Shown here in pieces: positions 28,362 through 39,981 of a stretch of 64,000 nucleotides of DNA (position 1 is its first letter; each line of letters begins with the position of its first letter). The notes under the pieces are model-generated. The model worked only from the letters and a program-made list of their open reading frames with translations, ran no database searches and was not told the DNA's origin. The stretch is from Antedon mediterranea (taxonomy: Eukaryota > Animalia > Echinodermata). Made by a program: the position numbers and the translations under genes. The DNA lies in the NCBI RefSeq assembly GCF_964355755.1, contig NC_092678.1, forward strand, positions 13,638,352 through 13,702,351, read 5' to 3'.

Positions 28362-28704
28362 GTTCGGCTCGCACGATAAGAGGGGTACAGTGCGTGTTAA
28401 ATGGAATTTTTACAACAATAATTCGGCTCGCACGATGAATGCACGTGGTGATTTTTACAAGAGGGGTACAGTGCGTGTACATTAAATGGAATTTTCACAA
28501 CAATAGTTCGGCTCGCACGATAAATACACGTGGTGATTTTTACAAGAGGGGTACAGTGCGTGTACATTAAATGGAATTTCCACAACAATAGTTCGGCTCG
28601 CACGATAAATACACGTGGTGATTTTTACAAGAGGGGTACAGTGCGTGTACATTAAATGGAATTTCCACAACAATAGTTCGGCTCGCACGATAAATACACG
28701 TGGT
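28362..28704. repeat. 85-bp tandem repeat, about 4 copies
   Basis: Unit GTTCGGCTCGCACGATAAATACACGTGGTGATTTTTACAAGAGGGGTACAGTGCGTGTACATTAAATGGAATTTCCACAACAATA. Confidence 0.92.
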
Positions 28705-29276
28705 CAACAAACAACATACGTTAGCAGGATTTTCGATCATTATTTATTTAAAAAGTAAATTGTATTCGATGTATTATAAATATATAGGTCTGGTTGTCGA
28801 TTGAAAAATAATAATTGAACGACATGCAATATCCAGTTGAATTTGTCAACACGCCATGTCAATTGATATGGGTCGACGCACAGAGGGCGCTTTTTGACCT
28901 AAGAATTCCGATCTTAATTGGTTTCGTGTCAGCTTACCTGTACTTTGTTTATTCGTACGAACGTCGTAATTATCTATTTGTTTATTAGCCTTCTCCTAAC
29001 ACAATTATATTTTCTTTAAAAAAAAGTTTTATAAGTGGTTTCAACATTTATGATAGTAATGTCACAGTTCTGTGTCTGGACGCAAGTTCATAGACCTACT
29101 AGTTATATTATTCATATTAACTGATACTTACTCTTCATTTACCGTAAAGTTCAGTTTTAATGAAATATATAATATAAATTGGCTTCGTAAACAATTAATT
29201 AGTGTTGAAAAGGTTAGTTTTTTGGTGATAGGTGAAAATGACATGTAACTTCGTGATCAATTTATTTTTTTGTATA

Positions 29277-29639
29277 AAGGCCCAATTACACTATGACGAT
29301 AACGACGGACGATAAATATATAGCATGCATTTTTTTTTACATAAACCAAAAGAAATTAGAAAGGTTTTCGTTCTAGACCTATAGGATAATCATTTATGCT
29401 GTCTTTGATAAAAATAATGTTTTTCAAATTCCAATCAAATGACGTCATGATAAATAAAAACAATAAATCGCTGTATTGTCACGATATTATAGGTCTTACT
29501 AATCATGACGTCATTTGATTGGACGTGTGAAAATATAATTTTCATCAAAGGATTTGTTTATATTTCTTTTGGTTTATGTATTAAAAATGCACATTTGTCT
29601 ATTTATCGTCGATCGTTATCGTCCTAGTGAATGGGCCTT
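29277..29639. mobile_element. Harbinger-like MITE
   Basis: Imperfect TIRs AAGGCCCAATTACACTATGACGATAACGA / TCGTTATCGTCCTAGTGAATGGGCCTT with a largely palindromic interior. Confidence 0.7.
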
Positions 29640-29864
29640 ATGCTGTAAATGTTCAATTAATTTTATTAGTTGGACTCTTGCACAGTTGCTGTCTAATCGT
29701 TGTTGTGTAATATCATTTCGAACCATATTAAAATCATAAAGAGATTCATATTCCTTAACATGTGGTTGTGCATGGAAGTCCGGTCTACAAAAACTCGGGC
29801 CCGGGATCATTGTTATTGGGCCCGAAAGTGTTGGTGAATTCATAATTATACTTAATATTATATT

Positions 29865-30000
<136 letters not shown>

Positions 30001-30049
30001 TATTATTATACAATTGAAAGCAAAACCTGTTGAATCTCAAATCATTAGG

Positions 30050-31125
30050 ACTAGAAATTTGGCTTATCAATCAAATAAATACTTTCGTTCAAAATGAAAC
30101 TCCAACCTCTCTAAAAGATTGAACTCGAAAACGGACCGTCTTTTTGAATTGGGTATGTTGAAACATTTCAATATTCATTTAAAAAAGTACATTAATTATG
30201 GTATTGATCAGTGACTATAGAGGCGTAAAAACCCTCGGTTAATATCATGTAAAATGCACTGTGGAAGGGTCATTATTAAGACTGCAAAATTGGGCTTATC
30301 AACAAATAAATACTTTCGTTCAAAATGTAAAATCAAGGCTGAAAAATTGGGCTTATCAACAACAAAATATTTTATTATTAGACGCGATAACATCAAGGAT
30401 AATCAGTATAATTATTAATATAGCCACTGTTACTAGTTTTATTCTACATGCTAAAGTAAATAAAAATCCACTAGAAAACAAACAAGTCTGAATGTTATGC
30501 TTATTAGCCATGTTATGTTTGTTACTGTAGGCCTATTGTTTGCAATGTCCACATATTATTTCCGTGGGCATATCCATAGTGTATCACTCACAAAAAAGAC
30601 GTGTGAGGTTCTTTCTTTAGATTTTGAAGAATGATTTGTGTTACAGGTTGACACATGAGTCAAATGCTCAAAATATCGGCTAATGCCATGAGACCCTTGG
30701 CTTATCAATGAATAATAAATACAGTACTACTTTCGTTCTATTGAAATCGGAATCTGACCGTTTCATTAAATTGGGTGTGATTAGGCCTAAACATATAATA
30801 ATTTATTAAAAAGGTACAATAAAAACAAATGCATCAGAGGCGTAAGAACCCACGGTCAATATCATGTAAAATGTATATGGTATAAGCACTGTGGAAGGGG
30901 TCATTATTATTAAACTGGAAATTCGGCTTATCAACAAATAAATTAAAATGTAAAATAAGACTGTAAAATTGGGCTTATCAACAAATAAATACTTTCGTTC
31001 CAAATGTAAAATAAGACTGCACAATTGGGCTTATCAAAAAATAAAATACTTTTTTTTCAAAATGTAAAATTAAGACTGGAAAATTGGGCTTATAAACAAA
31101 TAAATACTTTTTTTCAAAATGTAAG
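30050..31125. repeat. Degenerate ~49-bp repeats
   Basis: Recurring AAATTGGGCTTATCAACAAATAAATACTTTCGTTCAAAATGTAAAAT. Confidence 0.75.
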
Positions 31126-31149
31126 AAAACATTTTTTAAATATAATCCT

Positions 31150-31300
31150 TAAGCTCTGTCTATACTATCAAACTAAATATGATGTGCCCATTATTATATA
31201 GTCATGACGATGTCCACTACGATATTCGGGCATATCACTACCATATTTGGGCACATCACACTTTTTTTGTTAAACTAGTTGGGACAGTGTAGACACAGAA
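31150..31300. mobile_element. Short MITE, same family as ~7285-7425
   Basis: CTGTCTATACTATCAAACTA...AGTGTAGACACAG; shares the GATGTGCCCAAATATGGTAGTGATATG core in reverse orientation. Confidence 0.6.
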
Positions 31301-31898
31301 CTATGTGATCGAAACATAAGTTGGAATTGGACTGACGCGATTGATTTAATTGGGTATTTTTTATTAATGTAATGATTCATTAAAAACTAGACTATAATAC
31401 CGATACGCGTTTGGTATTGATCAATGGTGCAAAAAACCCTGAGAAATAATGGTATAACGCGATTTGGTGATAGCTTAGCAATAATACAACCCATATACTA
31501 TTATTATAAATACCTATTACAAATCCATTCATATAACTTTTCATCGCAAACCGAAAATAAATGTTATTCTACAGACAGTAATTATATATTCAAAAGCCAT
31601 ATTATTATTATTATCAATACCTATGCGATAGTAATAACCACATAAACATAACAGTGGGAAAGCCACTTCGCGTTTTGACCGTTAAATCGTGTAAAATCGA
31701 CTTACTTCCGCAAAGACGATGTTGAAGCGTCACCTATCGTTGAAAACAGAAACCACGATTTTTCGTCGCCTAGCAAATAAGTGCTGTTTTATTTTAAGCT
31801 CTCATGAATATTTAAGAACCGCCCAACATTACCTATTATGGTAAATGCATTTTCTAATAAGTATTATTGAATAACCAATCGGTTTCCTTCAAAGAAAC

Positions 31899-32067
31899 TG
31901 TGACGTTGTTAAACGTATATATTGCAATTATTAGTTGCAAGAAATAAAATGACAGACGACTATAATGAGATCAATGAGAGAGAGTGTAACTTTTATTCAA
32001 AGCATGCTGGGAACTCCTGACTGTGACGTCATACACACATATATTTGATATAGATAGATATGTGACA
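31899..32067 (-). repeat. 3' LTR (169 bp)
   Basis: No mismatch found by eye against 55994-56162. Confidence 0.97.
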
Positions 32068-32080
32068 TCTTCCTTTTTCT
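32068..32080 (-). other. Polypurine tract
   Basis: AGAAAAAGGAAGA on the minus strand abutting the 3' LTR. Confidence 0.9.
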
Positions 32081-32211
32081 TAAACATTAACAACAATCGT
32101 AATCAAAATATCAAACTCTTGATGAAACAATTAAACTATGATAATGTAAACATTTGGGTATAATAAAACATGGATATCTGGCAGAGAAATTATGAACAAT
32201 GAGTCTTTTAA

Positions 32212-33000
32212 TTAGTATTTGTCCATTATGAAGTCATCGAAACGTTTGGGTACACGTCTATTTCGCTTTGGTCTGGTGATTACTACCTCTTCCTTTTGAG
32301 GATCAGGTGTCTTCGGCGGAGTTTCGATAGGAGTTTCATCCACTTCTCCTTCAACATTAATATCTTCTTCATGTGATTGATTTAATTGTCGGCGATTGCG
32401 TCTGTACACTTGTCCGTTTTGCGTAGCGACCATATATGATCTCGGGGTAACATGTTCAGATAACACTTTCGCGGGGACCCATTCTCGGCCTTTGTTGAGA
32501 CGGACTATCTCGTTTCCTTTCAGTGATTGTAGCGTTCGCGTTCCACGATTGTAATATTCCGCCTGTTTGTCTTGTCTAACGATCAACGAATTATGTGCGT
32601 CTGGAATCAGTGTAGGCTTAAGTTGCTCGCGTGCGATAGGAATTCGTGTTCTAAGCCTTCTGTTCATCAGCAACTGTGCTGGAGATTTGCCGATACCTCC
32701 CAATGGCGCATCTCGATAAGCGAGTAAAGCTAAATGAAAGTCTCCGTGAAAGTCATCAGCGGCTTTTCTTAACAATTGCTTGACTGTCTGTATGCACCGT
32801 TCAGCTTGACCATTGCTTTTTGCATAGTTGGGGCTCGATGTGATTAGTTCTATCCCCCATGATTTAGCGAACTTTTTCATTTAAAAACTTGCGAAAGGCA
32901 TTTTGTCGCTTACAAATGTTGCTGGAATGCCATGTCTCGCGAAAATCGTTTTTAGCCTGCCGATTACTTCTTTGGCAGTTTTGTTGCGTAGCGTGACGAT
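32212..33000 (-). pseudogene. Gypsy integrase, distal part of catalytic core and C-terminus
   Basis: IVTLRNKTAKEVIGRLKTIFARHGIPATFVSDKMPFASF*MKKFAKSWG...SSPNYAKSNGQAER...YRRNRR; one in-frame TAA. Confidence 0.95.
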
Positions 33001-33403
33001 CCACAACAACCGATGGATTGTCTCGAATTCCATAAATTCTTCCCGCGTGATTCAGGTTATTTGTAGACGTGTGCATCGGAATGCTCTTGAACTTTCCCCA
33101 TAACAGTGTCTGATGAAATTGATAATTCAATGACGTTTTTGTTCGTACGTTGAAATTTCCTCTCGTCGTAATGTTTGTCGAGCCGGTGGATGCAAACGAC
33201 AAGGCGGTGGATCCTCGACATAACGGCGATTGAAATTCTACCATGTCGTCTTGTAATTTGGTTCCTCGCATGTGTATGGAATGTGTCTTTTCACGTTTGT
33301 CGTACGCGTATCGATGAGCAATGTTCTGCGACGACACCACGTTCACTAGGAAGAAATTGATGGCAGCTGTTTTACACGTAGATTCGACTTGGACGTGCAC
33401 CAT
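33001..33403 (-). pseudogene. Insert gene of unknown function truncated at the left junction
   Basis: ATG at 33403 overlaps the kinase 1 3' end; about 134 codons then run out of frame into integrase sequence. Confidence 0.6.
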
Positions 33404-35004
33404 GAGTTTTCTCGTATAGGCGTGTGTATCGATTTTATTTTGTTTCCTAACATCTCTTTGAAAACCCTATCGGTGACCGTTTGCTGCTTCACTCCAAGAG
33501 GAAGAATGATTGACGAATCCTTTTCAATCTCGACAACTACATGACCGTCTGTCGTTTGTCGATGCGTTGGAAACAATGACACCAAGAATCGAAGTTCTCT
33601 GTCGTTGTAAACTCTAAACTCTACCGACGACGACGATGACGATGATGACGAAGGTTTTCGATACAGATTCAATGCTGATCGAACAAACACGACCGCCAAC
33701 GTGCCGTCTGCGTTGTCAATCAACAGGTTCATATGATCAACTGTTATGTTTTCGCCACTTTCTTGAAACACCACATCTCCAACTAGCGTTTGAAAGTCTC
33801 TGTAAAACAAATGAACGACATTCTGTGCAACCATCTTCACCGATAACATGTCCATAGATTCGATGTTGGTGCGCTGTGATTGAACGTCGTTCTTCAACAC
33901 TAGAAAGGACTTTCTGTTCTCCGGTATTGGATTTAAATTGTCAACAAGCCGATCGATAAAACGTTCACCGAGAACACTTCGATATCGATCCAGTATAGGC
34001 AGTTCATCGGACGGCTGGCATTCCAGAGCCTTACATATGTTCATGTCAGAGTTTACGTACGTGTACCAGTAAGCCGTTTCGAATTTTGTCATACCACCTC
34101 TTATCTTCACAAATTGTCTGCAGAGGCCGACAAGAGTGTGTAATATCTTCGACTTTTGCCCAGTGTCTCCAAGTCTTTTCATGTCTGTGTATTGCACCTC
34201 GTCAAATTGTTGGCATTCGTTGTACATTGTGGCCGTCACCACGGTCATTGCGGCAGAAAACACGTCCGATTCACTATTCAGCAGTTTCACCACTCTGTCT
34301 GTCATCACGTGACTGATATCTCGATACCCTATGGACACTAGTCTGTCTACGCTGCGCACTCCTCCGAATCCAGTGTCAACGTCCATTGTGTAGATCGGCA
34401 TGTCCGATGGTATGTACGCGGAGGCTATCGATTCTTCGTGAACGCATCCAACACCTCCAAATAAGCCGACCTTTTTGCTCGATTCAAATTCGATCATTTT
34501 TCGACGATGTACTTCGGCCGAACCGAAATCAATAAACTTGAATCGACCCTGCCGTCTGTTGTACGTCACATTCCTGATGGTTATGTCGTTATGTGCGACT
34601 CCTATCTTGTCCAGAAAAGCAAGCCCCTCGCCAACATGTCGATAAAGTGTAAGCACGCACGGCAACATTTGCATTGTCATCCGTATTGTAAACAAGTCAA
34701 AACCTTCGTTTGTCATGCGCAGACATTGAGTCACTCCTGAATCGACGACTGCCTGACATATTTGCGGCGTGTACCGTTTCAATCTGTCAAAGTAGTTTGC
34801 GTAAGCTAAAATGAAAGTTTCCTTGTTGAATGTTAAACGTACTCGTGCATCGCTGCTATTCTGATTGCCACAATGTAATTTTTCAACTAAACCAGACTCT
34901 ATGGAATGGACAACGCCAAACGAACCTCGGCTGTTCACAGTCACCAACGGATCGATTGTATTATCCAATTTGCCAAACGATAAAATCTTCTTTTGACCGT
35001 GCAT
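33346..35004 (-). CDS. Atypical protein kinase 1 with C-terminal extra domain
   Basis: RGSFGVV loop, NKE helix-C glutamate, HNDITIRNV catalytic loop, IDFGSAE, SDVFS, LNPIPENR. First ATG at 35004. Intronless. Confidence 0.9.
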   Translation of the reverse strand: MHGQKKILSFGKLDNTIDPLVTVNSRGSFGVVHSIESGLVEKLHCGNQNSSDARVRLTFNKETFILAYANYFDRLKRYTPQICQAVVDSGVTQCLRMTNEGFDLFTIRMTMQMLPCVLTLYRHVGEGLAFLDKIGVAHNDITIRNVTYNRRQGRFKFIDFGSAEVHRRKMIEFESSKKVGLFGGVGCVHEESIASAYIPSDMPIYTMDVDTGFGGVRSVDRLVSIGYRDISHVMTDRVVKLLNSESDVFSAAMTVVTATMYNECQQFDEVQYTDMKRLGDTGQKSKILHTLVGLCRQFVKIRGGMTKFETAYWYTYVNSDMNICKALECQPSDELPILDRYRSVLGERFIDRLVDNLNPIPENRKSFLVLKNDVQSQRTNIESMDMLSVKMVAQNVVHLFYRDFQTLVGDVVFQESGENITVDHMNLLIDNADGTLAVVFVRSALNLYRKPSSSSSSSSSVEFRVYNDRELRFLVSLFPTHRQTTDGHVVVEIEKDSSIILPLGVKQQTVTDRVFKEMLGNKIKSIHTPIRENSWCTSKSNLRVKQLPSISS

Positions 35005-35030
35005 TGCCGTCGTGTGCGTCAATCGAATGA

Positions 35031-36272
35031 TTAAGAGAGAATGGCTTTCTGACGTTTATCTATTTTACCTCGACAAATCGGACACAAAAGCAAACTGTTT
35101 GAACACGACCAGCAGGCGACCAAATGCGAACATGGAATGAAAAGAACACAAACGTCAGCGTCCATGCATATCTTACATGTTTTTTTTTCGCGTAAATCGC
35201 GCACAACAGATTGCACATCTTCTTCTTCCTCCACTTCTTCCTCTTCTACCACTGTTGGTTTATCGTTCACTGGAATCGTGACAGCGTTCAGAAGCTCAAG
35301 GGTAGACGTAAAGTTTCCACCGGTTCTCTTCACGTGATCGTTTACAGTAGTCGATACATGTTGCATGTCAAAACCCATTTCTAAAACTTTCACAACGATT
35401 TCAGAGCGCATTGCAATATCAAACGGACTTTTTGACGAAATAAGAGCCGTCTCGATGAAAGGAAAACCATTTTCGATTCTCAACCAATTGCAGAACGGAA
35501 ACCACTTTGCATGCTCGATCCAAGGATTATCGTCTAATTGCCAGTCTTTCAGTCCACCGCCGCAATGGAAACACATTGCCTGGTCCCGATTGATTGCAAA
35601 GAATCCGGCCTCAGCTATTCCGTTCGGCGTATGATCGGTAGCCCATACTGTAGTAAACGTCATTTTTCGAACATTCAAAAGAGCGTACTGTGGATGCATT
35701 GCCCGTTGCCTATTGTTGGTGGTGGTGGTGGTGGTGGTGGGGGTCGCCACGGTGGCCGCGGTGGATAACATGAACTTGCACAACGGGAAATGTTTTCTAT
35801 GCTTTTCGTCGACATTCACTCCTCTTTTCCATCGCTCAAGTAAACCGTTGCAAGAGAAGCATTCGACTACGTCACAGCATGACCTGTAATAAAATCCAGA
35901 CTTTGCTAAAGTGCACGCCGATACGATGTGTCCAAATGGCCAGTTTTTAAAAGTCGACAATCTGACCATATGCGAGTTTGAGTCGACCAAATGTGTTTTA
36001 CTGCCGATTAAAGGACTACTGTTACCACATGACATCAGTTTGCAAAACGGGAAGTGTTTCTTGTGCTCTGTATCGGCATCTGCTCCGGCGTTCCATCTCG
36101 AAAGTTTACCGTGACAACGGTAACATTCTACCCGGTCTTCTTGCCCCGTATAAAAGAAGCCCGACATTGCTAACGATGTAGGCGATATCACGTGTCCCGC
36201 AATCCAAAACTCATACGTGGCCAATCGTCTTTCATAACATTCCATCGCGCCTGTATGCACTATTTTATTCAT
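35031..36272 (-). CDS. iap: Inhibitor of apoptosis protein, 3 BIR + UBA + RING
   Basis: Three CxxC-x16-H-x6-C BIR motifs with GFFY/GFYY/GFF, LEMGF UBA, C-terminal CKICMD...CSH...CWSC...CPICR RING. Intronless. Confidence 0.97.
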   Translation of the reverse strand: MNKIVHTGAMECYERRLATYEFWIAGHVISPTSLAMSGFFYTGQEDRVECYRCHGKLSRWNAGADADTEHKKHFPFCKLMSCGNSSPLIGSKTHLVDSNSHMVRLSTFKNWPFGHIVSACTLAKSGFYYRSCCDVVECFSCNGLLERWKRGVNVDEKHRKHFPLCKFMLSTAATVATPTTTTTTTNNRQRAMHPQYALLNVRKMTFTTVWATDHTPNGIAEAGFFAINRDQAMCFHCGGGLKDWQLDDNPWIEHAKWFPFCNWLRIENGFPFIETALISSKSPFDIAMRSEIVVKVLEMGFDMQHVSTTVNDHVKRTGGNFTSTLELLNAVTIPVNDKPTVVEEEEVEEEEDVQSVVRDLREKKTCKICMDADVCVLFIPCSHLVACWSCSNSLLLCPICRGKIDKRQKAILS

Positions 36273-36371
36273 TTCTGTCTGTGTGCGCGAGCGGGTGTGT
36301 GTGTGTGTGTGTGTGTGTGGCCCGAAGAGTATATATTATAGCAATTTGTAAATTCAGATTCACCACACACG
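36273..36371. promoter_or_regulatory. Putative bidirectional promoter between iap and the 120-aa gene
   Basis: 99-bp spacer between divergent ATGs with TATATATTATA (~36330) and a (GT)n tract. Confidence 0.45.
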
Positions 36372-36734
36372 ATGGAGGATTCGATCGCAAAAGAAATGAA
36401 CACTGTTGTGGAAAATCTGAAATCGATATATTTTAAACAATTCTCTGATATTTTGAATACGATGATTAGAAACGGATGCAACGGATGTATTCACGAGCAT
36501 CCTTCTCAGATCGAACATGATCTATGTTTGATGGCTCCGGATAGAGAGAATATAGAACGTTTCTTTGACAACATTGTTATCGATAAAGAGGTACTGTTCA
36601 TAGAATGGTGTCATCAAAATGCTGATTTTCTGGAAAGTTGCTCTAATGTCAACGCCTGGTTCGAAGTTCTATTGTCGGAAATAAAAGATAGCAACAATTT
36701 AATCGATCAAATATACCGTTATAGATTAATTTAA
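36372..36734 (+). CDS. 120-aa protein with a CxxC-x3-HPSQ-x2-H-x2-C putative zinc motif
   Basis: Clean ATG-to-stop ORF downstream of a TATA-like element; motif CNGCIHEHPSQIEHDLC. Confidence 0.75.
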   Translation: MEDSIAKEMNTVVENLKSIYFKQFSDILNTMIRNGCNGCIHEHPSQIEHDLCLMAPDRENIERFFDNIVIDKEVLFIEWCHQNADFLESCSNVNAWFEVLLSEIKDSNNLIDQIYRYRLI

Positions 36735-36816
36735 TTTCTCTTGCGCCGGTATTTTCTTCGGTAGATTTAATATGAATTTTTACTCGACATACAACTTGTA
36801 ATATAGAAACAACTGA

Positions 36817-38279
36817 ATGTATTCTCCTTCATTCATAAGCAAGTCAAACACGAGTGTAGGTGCAGAATTTTTTCATCCAATGATCTGGTGAAAACGACCG
36901 CAGAGAAGGTTATGCCTAAGTCAGATGATTTGTTACAGGACGAAAACGCTTCGTTGAAGAAAAGTGTAAAATGTATACACCTTCTAGAACAGTTGTTGAA
37001 AGACCGTGATAAATCGTTGAACCACTTAGAGAAGACGGTAAAAAACTATAAATTATGTATTGAACATCTACAATGGCGCTTACACAAACACAACTTGGAC
37101 TCATCAGTTGATTTGAAAGAACATGAAATATTCGAGCCTGGTCACGATAAACAGATTTTAATAAGCTTGTTGAATGACGCTATACGATATAAAAGATTGC
37201 TTGACGAGAAGTTTAGCTCCGAAGAGGTAAGACGAAACTAAGTGTGAGAATATTTGTCATGAATTCGTTAAAATTATCATAGTGGTGTGAGTGTGTGATT
37301 TATTATTATTATTTTTTAATGTTCAGGTTGCCGAAGCAAAAGAAACCATTTCTGTTCTTGAGAAAGAAGTTAGTAAGCTGTGTGTACAGTTGAAACGGAA
37401 AGAGAACGAACTCATTGTTGTTTTAACTAAAATGAGATCCTCATACGACGAGAAAGATGTAGTAATTAGTAAGTTAAAATGTCAGCTACGAGATTATTTT
37501 ACACAGCGTAACAATGATGACGCTGTTCGTGACACGTTGAGCTCCGAAATAAGAACATTAAAATCAAATACTGAACAGTTTGTTGAAGAGAAAAAGAAGA
37601 TAACAAATGAACTAAAAGCATATGCGCAAAGAGAGAAGGTATGGGTACAGGAAAGAAATATGTGTTTTGCTCACGCTAGAATTTTACATTCAGAATCAAA
37701 GTTCGAAGATGAATGTAAAACGTTGCAAGAACAGGTTCGAAATTTAAGTCGTGAAAATACAGATTTATGTAGGCAATTAAAAGAGATAATTGTTATGAAC
37801 ACTCGCTGGCAAAAGTACTCTGAACAAAGAGAAGCACACGTTGTGCAGTTGAAACAACAATTGAAAGTATCTGAAAACAAAGTTTTCAAGAATCATTGCC
37901 TTATTTCTGAACTTGAGCGGATGGAAAAAGAGAAACGAAAAAAAGAAATCGATACTGCTGTTCTTAGTTTGGCAACAGATTTGGGAAAGACATGCGAATT
38001 GAATTGACTAAACACAATAACAGACTTGATGAAATAATTGGTCAATATCAAGAGACGTATGCGTCACTTCAACAATCTTACTTACCTTCTTCTAATACTC
38101 CCGATATTCTTGAATTAGTTTGTGATGATGATGATTAAGCAGCTGTAGAAGACGGTAATTTGGATGAATTATTACAATGTCCTCGTTTTCTGAAAGAGTT
38201 TAATATCATAGAACATGTTCAGTTAGTTGATCATTTAGATACATGTGATGTTGATGAATACAATAATTCTATCTTATAA
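36817..38279 (+). pseudogene. TNIP2/ABIN-2 (CEP55-related)-like coiled-coil gene with one intron, disrupted
   Basis: Phase-0 intron 37227-37326 (GTAAGA...TTCAG) joins the ORFs at 36888 and 37291. EABR-like MNTRWQKYSEQREAHVVQLKQQL; C-terminal LLQCPRFLKEF...LVDHLDTC finger. Frameshifts near 36870 and 37985; stop at 38136-38138. Start position inferred. Confidence 0.75.
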
Positions 38280-38446
38280 AATCTGTGCTGTTTTTGTTTT
38301 TGTTTTTTTGTTTCTTGCTAACAATCATTAATCAATAATAAAAGAAATTAACAGAATCTATAGTACGATCTATTCAATAACAATAAAGTGCATTTGGTAA
38401 TCTAGACGGGTATATATGCTTTTAATATAAATGATGGCGTGTTTTT

Positions 38447-39420
38447 CTCTAACACGATGTTCTCAATAAAGGAATAATAAATTGATAATAAAGTGTGTAT
38501 TTTGTAAACTAAACAGTATACAGAATTAAAAGTGTATTCGAAGTTATACTAAACGTAGAAGACGGCGTGTTTGTTCTCGATAAAGGGATAATGAATTAAA
38601 CGGCGTATAGTACTAATATTGTAGTCCTGATAACGAAGAAAATAAGTATTGCGCCCTCTATTGACAGATAATATGACTATTATTATTATATCGTGACAGA
38701 CAATATACTGTTTTTTTTAAACGGGTATAATATTCTTTTATTATAGAAGACGGCGTGATGTTCTGTAACGCGATGTTGTCGATAAAGGGATAATGAATTG
38801 ATAAAGGGATAATGAATTGATAATATTGAGTGAGAAGTATAAGGAAAGATCTAGAAGGTTATGAACATATTTTGTATAACGGGATGTATGTTCTCTCTTG
38901 TGTGTGTAAACTGAATGCTTAAACATTGATGCACACTGTCATTGAGGTCGAAGTAATCAAAGGCTGTTTTCTAATTGTTGATAATCTATTGAATTCGAAA
39001 GTAATCTATTGAATTCGGAAGTGATTTGTTGAAATCGGGTCATATCTTAATTGCCTTGAAAGAAATATAAAGCAAGTTACATATTTTTGGAAAGCTTAGA
39101 GAGTATAAACGTGTACTGCCCTTGGTGAAGAAAGTCTTGAAGATGAGTTTTTCATAAATTTTTAATGTCCCAATGTATTATGTACATCGAACGAATACCC
39201 ATTGAAAAGTTAAACAATCAAATGCTTTGACTTCTTACCGAAGTAAAAAAAAGATTTTAATTGATTTACTCATCATACAACATGCGACGAATGCATGACA
39301 TGTTATGCCTCTTCAGTTCTCTTTTTGTTGTAAACTGAATGTTTAAATATTGACGCGCGCTGTCATTGGCGTCGATGTAAAGCTTTTATTTTTCTAAAAC
39401 ATTATCGACCGAACGCTATG
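38447..39420. repeat. Diverged, rearranged copy of the insert's internal repeat
   Basis: 38447-38960 matches ~44710-45250; 38959-39095 matches ~44470-44610; another partial copy near 39325-39380. Confidence 0.8.
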
Positions 39421-39981
39421 CGTACTATCACATGTTGAATGCTTTAACAATAAATGGGCACTGTCCTTGAGAGGGAGGTCTTGAATATGAGTTTTTCATA
39501 ACACAAAGTTTATTCGAGTTTATAATAACGGACTTTCTATTTAGAAACAAATGAGAGAAGATTTGTTAATTGCGTAATACTTTTATTGATTTTTACTTTA
39601 CCTATATAAAATACAATGTAAACAAAACTAATGCCCATGATTCAGTGACAACAAAGTATTGCACCCTATATCTATAATTTATAAAATCCAATTCAATCAA
39701 TTCACGTTTTATTTCAGAACAAAGTCCATATCATAACACACAACAATATTCAATAAATTAATGTAAGTAAGTAAAAAAAAATATATAAAACAAGTCGCAC
39801 ATAAAAAATGCCGTCGGAAAACCGTCGGTTTTAAATTATTAGTGAAAAAACATTTTAATGGCTATACTGTTACGTAAAAAGTATACATGAAATTATGTAT
39901 ACAGAAGTTCAATCCATTTTCTGTGCAATTACTACTACTACTACTACTACTACTAATTTATTTTAAAAAAAATAAAAAAAA

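Noticed and set aside
32864-33403. Functional fusion of an insert gene with integrase
   Set aside because: The integrase part is read out of frame; it is a junction by-product.
35031-36272. IAP as a lone processed retrocopy
   Set aside because: No poly(A) tail or TSD, and it is packed within ~30-100 bp of neighbouring genes on both sides.
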